Assembly (NCBI GenBank): GCA_029856125.1 | Contig: JAHQWJ010000132.1 | Coordinates: 1-16,519 of the forward strand | DNA: 16,519 nucleotides | Reading direction: 5' to 3' | Origin: Promethearchaeia archaeon | GTDB taxonomy: Archaea > Asgardarchaeota > Lokiarchaeia > Sigyniarchaeales > SOKP01 | Shown here: positions 1 to 6,107 of the stretch, in pieces | Position numbering within the stretch: the first letter of the stretch is position 1 | Layout: the number at the start of each line of letters is the position of its first letter | Notes under the pieces: model-generated | Seen by the model: the letters and a program-made list of their open reading frames with translations, nothing else | What the model was told of the DNA's origin: nothing | Database searches by the model: none | Translations under genes and position numbers: made by a program

Positions 1-442
1 TGATATAAATAATAAAGTTCTTCAAATTGCGAAAAACCGCGAGATTCCTTCAGATAAGGTAATTTTTGTTCAAGATGATGTTTATTCATTAAATAAAATT
101 CAGAATAATTTTTCTGCAGGTTTTGCTAGTTTTTGGTGGTCTCATGTATTAAAATCCAAACTAAAAGGATTTCTTGCCTTATTTCAATCAAAACTTCAAT
201 CAGATGCTCTTGTTGTTTTTATTGATAATCGACGTGTGAAGGGAAGCTCTACCCCAATAAGTCGAATTGATAATGATGGAAATACTTATCAGATAAGGAA
301 ATTAGAAGACGGTCGAGAATATGAAATATTGAAAAATTTTCCTACTAAGAAAGAAATTCGCGAAACTATCGGAAATAAAGTTAAAAATCTTAAGATTAAA
401 TTTTTGACATATTTTTGGATTGTATCATATAATCTTGAATAA
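1..442 (+). CDS. Class I SAM-dependent methyltransferase, 5'-truncated by the window edge
   Basis: The frame of the listed 236..442 ORF is open from base 2: DINNKVLQIAKNR..VIFVQDDVYSL..FSAGFASFWWSHV..LVVFIDN..GNTYQIRKLEDGREYEILKNFP. The post-motif-I 'DIN..L.IA', 'F.Q.D.Y' and 'FWWSHV' segments match a family of class I methyltransferases. Confidence 0.8.
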   Translation, partial: DINNKVLQIAKNREIPSDKVIFVQDDVYSLNKIQNNFSAGFASFWWSHVLKSKLKGFLALFQSKLQSDALVVFIDNRRVKGSSTPISRIDNDGNTYQIRKLEDGREYEILKNFPTKKEIRETIGNKVKNLKIKFLTYFWIVSYNLE

Positions 443-649
443 TATGTTTCATTAACGGACTTATTTGACATAAAAAACCTCACATAAAAACAAATTTTTA
501 ATTTACAAAAAAATAGTTATATTTGATTTTGGGAAAAATTTTTTAAAATTACGGTTATAACCCAATTTTTATAAAAAAAAAAATTTAAACTATTATTAAG
601 ATTATTATAAGTAATTTTGAATAAAGCTACAAAATAATGGAGACTAAAA

Positions 650-1591
650 TTGTCTGATAAAAATGAATTTGACTTAGTAATTATTGGTGGTGGACCTGCG
701 GGATTAACCGCTGCAATTTATGGGGGACGAATGGGTTTAACGACTGCTCTTTATGAAGGTACAGGGTTTGGAGGCCTAGCTGGGACAGCTCCAAAAATTG
801 AAAATTATCCCGGATTTGAGAGTATCCACGGTCTTGAATTAACGGAAAAAATGAGGGAACAAGCGGGTAAATGGGGAGCTACCTTTTTTTATGAAAAAGT
901 ATCAGCAATTAATCCAAAGGAAATGACTGTAACTACATCTGCAGGTGATATAAAAGCGAAAGCTATCATAATTGCTACTGGTTCGAAACACCTAACACTT
1001 GGATTGCCCAATGAATTTGATTTAATAGGTAATGGAATATCTTATTGTGCTACTTGCGATGGGCCTTTATTTCGAGATCAAGTAGTTGCTACAGTTGGTG
1101 GTAGTAATGCTGCTGGTCTAGAAGTAATTTATCTTTCAGGTGTAGCAGAAAAAGTTTATCTTATTCATAGACGGCACTGTATGCGAGCAGAAGCATGTAT
1201 TGCAGATGAGGTTGATTCATTACCCAATGTTGTACCAATGTATAATTCTATTATTGAAGAAGCTATACCTAAAGACAACAGATTAGGAGAACTAAAAATT
1301 AAAAATATTGAAACTGGCGAAATAACTAATATAAATGTAAATGCTCTATTTATTGCTATAGGAGTTGAGCCACAGACCGAAATAGCAAAAAAAGTTGGCA
1401 TAGAAATTGATGATGATAAATTTATTAAAGTCAATAAGAAACAAGAAACCAATTTTCCGGGGATATATGCAGCAGGAGATGTAACCGGTGGAATACGACA
1501 GGTAACCACAGCAGTTGGTGAAGCAACAACAGCAGCGATGAATGCATATCTATTTATTAAAAAAGGATGGTATGGAGAAGGAGCGAGTTAA
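650..1591 (+). CDS. trxB: Thioredoxin reductase (low-Mr FAD-dependent disulfide reductase)
   Basis: GGGPAGLTAA FAD motif, IENYPG, IIATG, redox CATC, HRRxxxR, GIYAAGD. TTG start preceded by GGAG at 639-642. Confidence 0.93.
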   Translation: MSDKNEFDLVIIGGGPAGLTAAIYGGRMGLTTALYEGTGFGGLAGTAPKIENYPGFESIHGLELTEKMREQAGKWGATFFYEKVSAINPKEMTVTTSAGDIKAKAIIIATGSKHLTLGLPNEFDLIGNGISYCATCDGPLFRDQVVATVGGSNAAGLEVIYLSGVAEKVYLIHRRHCMRAEACIADEVDSLPNVVPMYNSIIEEAIPKDNRLGELKIKNIETGEITNINVNALFIAIGVEPQTEIAKKVGIEIDDDKFIKVNKKQETNFPGIYAAGDVTGGIRQVTTAVGEATTAAMNAYLFIKKGWYGEGAS

Positions 1592-1631
1592 TAAACAAAA
1601 TAAGGCTTTTTCTAAAATATATCCGAATATT

Positions 1632-1681
1632 AAATGTCATCTAGATATTACACCGTATTATGTAATATCACGATGTCATTT
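1632..1681. repeat. 21-8-21 bp inverted repeat; candidate tyrosine-recombinase core (dif-like) site or xerA operator
   Basis: AAATGTCATCTAGATATTACA-CCGTATTA-TGTAATATCACGATGTCATTT. The arms are complementary at 18/21 positions and the inner 9 bp are perfect. It ends 8 bp before the xerA ATG. The repeat is seen directly; its function is inferred. Confidence 0.65.
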
Positions 1682-1689
1682 CTTTTATA

Positions 1690-2616
1690 ATGGTAGACTA
1701 TAAGGTTTCAGACTTTATCGATGATTTTCTAATTTCAAAAGAAGTAGAAGAGGGATGTGCGCCATCAACTATTAAAGCGTATCGATACGATCTTGAAAAG
1801 CTTATTAGTCTTGTTGGTGATTTGAGTCTTGAGTCGCCAATGCTTAGGCAACGGATTAGGCTCTTTTTAAAACATCTTAAAGATTTAAATTATTCAAAAA
1901 AAGGGATCAGCAGAAAAATCGCCTCTTTGAGGTCTTACTTTAAGTTTTTAACTTTAAATGAATTTATTACTAAAAATCCAATGGCAACGATTAAATCTCC
2001 TAAAATTAAGATAGAGGAGAGTTTACCAAAATTTCTTAATGTTGAAGATATTGAGCTAATTTTTAACAAGTTGAAGGATAAAAAACTATTTTACTCCAGG
2101 AAGAGCCAGAGGTATTATTTAATTGTAAGATTACTTTATTCTACTATGGCTCGTGTCAGTGAGTTGTGCGACATCCAAATCAAAGATATTGATTTTAACA
2201 AAGGGTACATAAGATTAAAAGGAAAAGGAAGTAAAGAGAGGATTGTTCCGGTTGATTATCATACTTTAGAACTTTTCACAGAGTATCTAGAAAATCGAAT
2301 ATCTTATAGCTCCGAAGACTATCTTTTAGTCAATACGCGATTCCAAAAATTAAATCCCAGAGTAATCCAGGCAGATGTTAAAACGATTAAAGAGAAGTGC
2401 GGTTTCCCAGATTCAAAAATTATAACGCCTCATATTTTCAGACACACGGGCGCTACTCACCTAAGGCGTTCTGGAATGGATATCAGTGAATTGCAGGATA
2501 TACTCGGGCATAGCTCTCCAAATACTACAAGAATCTATGCAAAGAACGATATTACTAAACTAAGACAGTCTTACTCGGAAATGCATCCTTTAAACAAGAG
2601 CGATTTAAATCTATAA
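1690..2616 (+). CDS. xerA: XerC/D-like tyrosine recombinase (archaeal XerA type)
   Basis: N-terminal SAM-like domain (STIKAYRYDL, SRKIASLRSYFKFL, KNPM). Complete catalytic set: R (MARVSEL), K (KGKGSKER), HxxR (PHIFRH), LGH, Y (TTRIYA). Xer-type C-terminal helix LRQSYSEMHP. 308 aa with no arm-binding domain. Confidence 0.88.
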   Translation: MVDYKVSDFIDDFLISKEVEEGCAPSTIKAYRYDLEKLISLVGDLSLESPMLRQRIRLFLKHLKDLNYSKKGISRKIASLRSYFKFLTLNEFITKNPMATIKSPKIKIEESLPKFLNVEDIELIFNKLKDKKLFYSRKSQRYYLIVRLLYSTMARVSELCDIQIKDIDFNKGYIRLKGKGSKERIVPVDYHTLELFTEYLENRISYSSEDYLLVNTRFQKLNPRVIQADVKTIKEKCGFPDSKIITPHIFRHTGATHLRRSGMDISELQDILGHSSPNTTRIYAKNDITKLRQSYSEMHPLNKSDLNL

Positions 2617-2620
2617 TTGT

Positions 2621-2738
2621 AAGTTTAAAATTAATTACTTATATATCATTATAGAGGATACTTCTAATAATCCTCTAGAAAAAGTCAAAAGTATAAGAAA
2701 GTTTAAACTTAATTTGTTATATAATTACTTATATATCA
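2621..2738 (+). promoter_or_regulatory. Repeat-structured AT-rich region upstream of cdc6 (tandem TATA-containing repeats; candidate origin/promoter)
   Basis: TAATTACTTATATATCA occurs exactly twice (2632-2648, 2722-2738). AAGTTTAAA(A/C)TTAATT occurs twice (2621-2636, 2699-2714). Inverted repeat TAGAGGAT-N10-ATCCTCTA at 2652-2677. Confidence 0.55.
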
Positions 2739-2767
2739 CGAAAATTATAAATAAAAGTCGGTTAATC

Positions 2768-3958
2768 ATGGACGAGGAAGAATTTAGAAAGCATTTCATG
2801 ACAAAATCAGTGTTTAATCAAGCTAACTCACTTGACATGAGCTATGTTCCCGAAAAACTATATTGTCGCAACGAGGCAATTAATAACCTTATCTATAACT
2901 TTAGACGGATTCTTGAAGAAGAAGAACAACCGTCCGTAAACTGTTTAATTTTAGGTAAAGGTGGAATTGGAAAAACTTGTACGACAAGATATTTTGGTAG
3001 AAACTTTAAAACAATAGCGCTAGAAAAGGATGTAGATGTTTTTATTGAGTACTACAACTGCATAAATTTCCGCTCCAAAAGCAAAATAATTCGCGAATTG
3101 TTAGCAAAGTACACTCATGGAAGTGGACGGGGATTCTCGGACGACGAAGCTTTGAAGCTTATTTTAAAGCAATTAATCCGAGAAAAAGGATACATGCTAC
3201 TAATAATAGACGAAGTCCATTTATTAAGATCTGACGAAATTTTAGCATTTTTAGATATTGCTGAAACCTATGGACACCAAAACGCAAAACTCTCAATAAT
3301 TTTAATCTCCAGAAATAAAGATTGGATGACAGTAGAAACTGAACGGATTTTAAGTAGATTAAACGAGAAAATTAAACTTAAGCCTTATGATTACGAAGAA
3401 TCAAAACAAATTTTGGAATATAGAAGCGAGCTTGCCTTTAAAGAATACGTAATTGACGACGATATTCTAAATATGGTTAGTCAGATCGTTGCAGATCACG
3501 AAAATATGCGTCACGGAATAGAAATCTTGAGAAAGAGTGGATTATATGCCGACCGGGAAAATTTAGATAGCGTAAGTGCTGACATAATTAGAGCTGCATC
3601 TAATGACGTTTACCCCACATTTAGAGGAGAGATCGTAGACCAGTTAAACGATCAAGAACTATTTGCTCTCTTTGGAATTGCGCGATCATTGATAAATAAA
3701 GACGAGCCATTTACTCTAGTTGATGACGCTTTTGAAGAGTATCAGATCATAAGCGAGACATACTCAGTAGAACCACATGTGAAAATGAGTTTTCGAAAAT
3801 ATATCCGGACACTTAACCAATTAAAAATTATCGCATCTAAAACAGTCAGAATCGAAGAAGCAGAAAGAGGTAGACACCTCGAAATTACACTATTAGATAT
3901 ACCCGCCTTGAAATTGGAAGAGTTTTTAATCGAGATTTTTAACAAGAAATTTAGCTAA
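2768..3958 (+). CDS. cdc6: Orc1/Cdc6 family replication initiator (AAA+ ATPase plus winged helix)
   Basis: L.MSYVPEKL..R N-terminal motif, Walker A GKGGIGKT, YYNC, Walker B LIIDEVH, arginine finger SRL, KPY..E...IL..R, C-terminal winged helix ending RGR. ATG 2768 (MDEEEF) is preferred over TTG 2714, which lies inside the repeat/TATA region. Confidence 0.93.
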   Translation: MDEEEFRKHFMTKSVFNQANSLDMSYVPEKLYCRNEAINNLIYNFRRILEEEEQPSVNCLILGKGGIGKTCTTRYFGRNFKTIALEKDVDVFIEYYNCINFRSKSKIIRELLAKYTHGSGRGFSDDEALKLILKQLIREKGYMLLIIDEVHLLRSDEILAFLDIAETYGHQNAKLSIILISRNKDWMTVETERILSRLNEKIKLKPYDYEESKQILEYRSELAFKEYVIDDDILNMVSQIVADHENMRHGIEILRKSGLYADRENLDSVSADIIRAASNDVYPTFRGEIVDQLNDQELFALFGIARSLINKDEPFTLVDDAFEEYQIISETYSVEPHVKMSFRKYIRTLNQLKIIASKTVRIEEAERGRHLEITLLDIPALKLEEFLIEIFNKKFS

Positions 3959-3962
3959 TAAC

Positions 3963-3979
3963 TTTTTTAACTTCTTTTT
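3963..3979 (+). terminator. Oligo-T archaeal terminator after cdc6
   Basis: TTTTTTAACTTCTTTTT begins 5 nt after the stop codon. Confidence 0.5.
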
Positions 3980-4101
3980 AACAAATTTATACTTAAAAGT
4001 CAATTTTAGTTATGGGCATAAGAAGATATTAAACAAGTAATTAATTCCATATCTTAAGGGATATTTTTAACCGTTTTAGTTTGTTTTAGTTTAATTCTCA
4101 C

Positions 4102-4262
4102 ATGGTAAAAAAGAAAATTTTATTAAGGGAGCTTCAGGCACCGTTGGTAAAGAAGTCTTTAAAGAATTGTTAAGCCGGACTAATAAATACGAAGTTAGCT
4201 TATTTTTGCGAGGGTCTCCTAAGAACAAAAAGCTTATCAAACCTTATCCTAGTATTAAATGA
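4102..4262 (+). pseudogene. Frameshifted, truncated N-terminal fragment of an NAD(P)-dependent epimerase/dehydratase (extended SDR)
   Basis: ATG GTA AAA AAG AAA ATT TTA TTA, then AG (one base missing), then GGA GCT TCA GGC ACC GTT GGT. This reads MVKKKILL-[T]-GASGTVGKEVFKELLSRTNKYEVSLFLR..PSIK*, the Rossmann TGASGxVG beta-alpha-beta unit. It stops after about 53 codons. Confidence 0.75.
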
Positions 4263-4341
4263 TAAGAAAAATCCGATGTTTTGAGAAGAATTTAAACTAA
4301 ACTAAAAGGATGACACACTGGTTAATATAACTTGTATTTAA

Positions 4342-4572
4342 TCAGTAATTTTTTTTTTCATCCTTACTTTTACTATACCAATCGAGCCATTCTTTTCGAC
4401 GGTTTTTTGCTTTTGTTACTTCATCTGCGTCCGATCCGCGTTCATCCCGTATGTTACTCCAATAGTGATCTAATTCGTAGCGAGATAACGACAATCCGCA
4501 CGAACCACATACCATAAGACGATTGTCGGGATTGTATTTCATTTTACCGGCGCATTCAGGGCAACGAGCCAT
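4342..4572 (-). CDS. Small Zn-ribbon protein (CPEC..CGSC) with charged Trp-rich C-terminal helix; function unknown
   Basis: 76 aa with two CxxC knuckles in a TFIIB-type zinc-ribbon arrangement and a tail RRKEWLDWYSK. AT-rich TATA-like sequence lies directly upstream. Confidence 0.8.
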   Translation of the reverse strand: MARCPECAGKMKYNPDNRLMVCGSCGLSLSRYELDHYWSNIRDERGSDADEVTKAKNRRKEWLDWYSKSKDEKKNY

Positions 4573-4726
4573 AATTTTTTCTTAAATATTATAATTTTTC
4601 TTATCTCTAATTATTGTAGAATTATACACAATTAAAATAATTTCTGCTTGGTAAATAAACTCTAAATTTATTTCTAATGATGTATTACCTAATATTATTT
4701 TACAATTAACTCAATAACTATTTTTA

Positions 4727-5965
4727 ATGAGAAATATGAAATCAGACGTGCATTATTTTACAGCAAGAACCTTTAACCATAAGGAAAGTTTAAGCAGATT
4801 TAAGGGACCTTCGGCTCTGGAAAAAATTGGATTTAATAATAAAGTCCAGAAAGGAGATAATGTGGTAATAAAGACACACTTTGGTGCTTTAGAAAATGTA
4901 AGATATCTGCGACCGAGTTACATTAGATTTTTATGTGATTACATAAAAAGTTTAGGAGCAGTACCATCTGTAGCAGAATCTTGTGGATGGGGTGCTCCAG
5001 AGGAATTTACGGGCATTCATACCGAATATAGTGGTCGTGCTGCTGAAGTAGAATATTTAGAAACTGCTAAAATCCATGGTTTTACAGAAGAAACCATGGG
5101 AGCGAAACTGCTAATGCTTGATGGACACGTTGGTACAGATATAATAAAACAAACTGTTAATGGCAAACGATTTAATGAGGTTTTAGTTGCGGGGAGGCTT
5201 AAGGAATTTGATCATATGATCTTAGCGACCCACTTTAAAGGTCATGGGGGTTCCGGTTTTGGTGGATCCATCAAAAATCTTGGTATTGGTTGTGTTAGTA
5301 AAGGTGGTAAAGTTCAAGCACATATGGGAAAAAAATTCGAATTTAATTTTGAAGCACCGATTTCTGACTACGAAAATTGCTTGAAAATCTGCCCGACAAA
5401 TGCACTAAGGGAGGGGCCAGACGGAAAATTAATCCGAGATGAAGAAAAATGTAGATATTGCTACATGTGTAAATCAGTTTGCAAAAACAATGTTATAGAT
5501 ACTGGATCATCAACTCGAGAAGAATTCATTACACAAATGGTTGATAATGCCGCGGGAGTAGTAGAATATTTCGGTAAAGATAAAATATTTTATATTAATT
5601 ACGTGATAGATGTCACATGGCAATGTGACTGCACAGGCGGGTCAGATGTACCATTTGTAAGCGATATTGGTATTTTATCCTCGTTAGATCCAGTAGCTGT
5701 AGATCAATCAGCTGTGGATTTAATACACTTATCAAAGATGAATCCTCACTCAATTTTAGGGAACATGGGTAATTTTTCTAAAGAAAATTCTTACGATTGG
5801 TTATCTTATATACCCCGATTTGACCCCGAAACAGGTAAACTTGACTTAAATCCCGATGGAAAGGAATCTAGGTATTGGGAAATACAATTAAAAGTGGCTG
5901 AAGAACTAGGACTTGGCACACGAGATTACAATTTAATCGAAGTGAAAGCAGAAAGTAAGAAATAG
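4727..5965 (+). CDS. DUF362 family Fe-S protein with inserted ferredoxin-like domain
   Basis: VVIKTHFG, THFKGH..SGFGGSIKNLGIGC.SK.GK...H, CRYCYMCKSVC, CDC, DIGILSSLDPVAVDQ, ELGLG...Y. The start could be ATG 4727 or 4736. Confidence 0.85.
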   Translation: MRNMKSDVHYFTARTFNHKESLSRFKGPSALEKIGFNNKVQKGDNVVIKTHFGALENVRYLRPSYIRFLCDYIKSLGAVPSVAESCGWGAPEEFTGIHTEYSGRAAEVEYLETAKIHGFTEETMGAKLLMLDGHVGTDIIKQTVNGKRFNEVLVAGRLKEFDHMILATHFKGHGGSGFGGSIKNLGIGCVSKGGKVQAHMGKKFEFNFEAPISDYENCLKICPTNALREGPDGKLIRDEEKCRYCYMCKSVCKNNVIDTGSSTREEFITQMVDNAAGVVEYFGKDKIFYINYVIDVTWQCDCTGGSDVPFVSDIGILSSLDPVAVDQSAVDLIHLSKMNPHSILGNMGNFSKENSYDWLSYIPRFDPETGKLDLNPDGKESRYWEIQLKVAEELGLGTRDYNLIEVKAESKK

Positions 5966-6107
5966 AATCTATTTCCTTTTTATTTTTAATGTGTATTTGA
6001 GATATTTATCCTCTAATCTTAATAATCACCAAAAAACACTTTTTTGTAAATCCAGTTAATTTATATTATGGAAATAATTAAATTTACTCATTACCTTAAA
6101 AGGTTTT

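Noticed and set aside
289-483. 64-aa minus-strand ORF
   Set aside because: Antisense shadow of the methyltransferase; no motifs.
484-635. Very AT-rich spacer with palindromes GGTTATAACC (553-562) and TTTTTATAAAAA, considered as an unwinding element
   Set aside because: No ORB-like boxes; short palindromes are expected at this AT content; adequately explained as terminator plus trxB promoter.
1165-1509. 114-aa minus-strand ORF
   Set aside because: Antisense to well-supported trxB; composition typical of a shadow frame.
2714-2767. TTG-initiated N-terminal extension of cdc6
   Set aside because: Overlaps the TATA-containing repeat and encodes low-complexity AT-derived residues; ATG 2768 gives a normal Cdc6 length.
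3742-3945. 67-aa minus-strand ORF
   Set aside because: Antisense to the cdc6 winged-helix domain.
4332-4517. 61-aa plus-strand ORF
   Set aside because: Antisense to the Zn-ribbon gene, which has clear motifs.
1690-4572. Intact provirus or integrative conjugative element around the recombinase
   Set aside because: No capsid, packaging, conjugation or tRNA att target is visible, and no second copy of the inverted repeat was seen in the window. The recombinase is Xer-like and the flanks are housekeeping genes, so only a domesticated-replicon hypothesis is retained.
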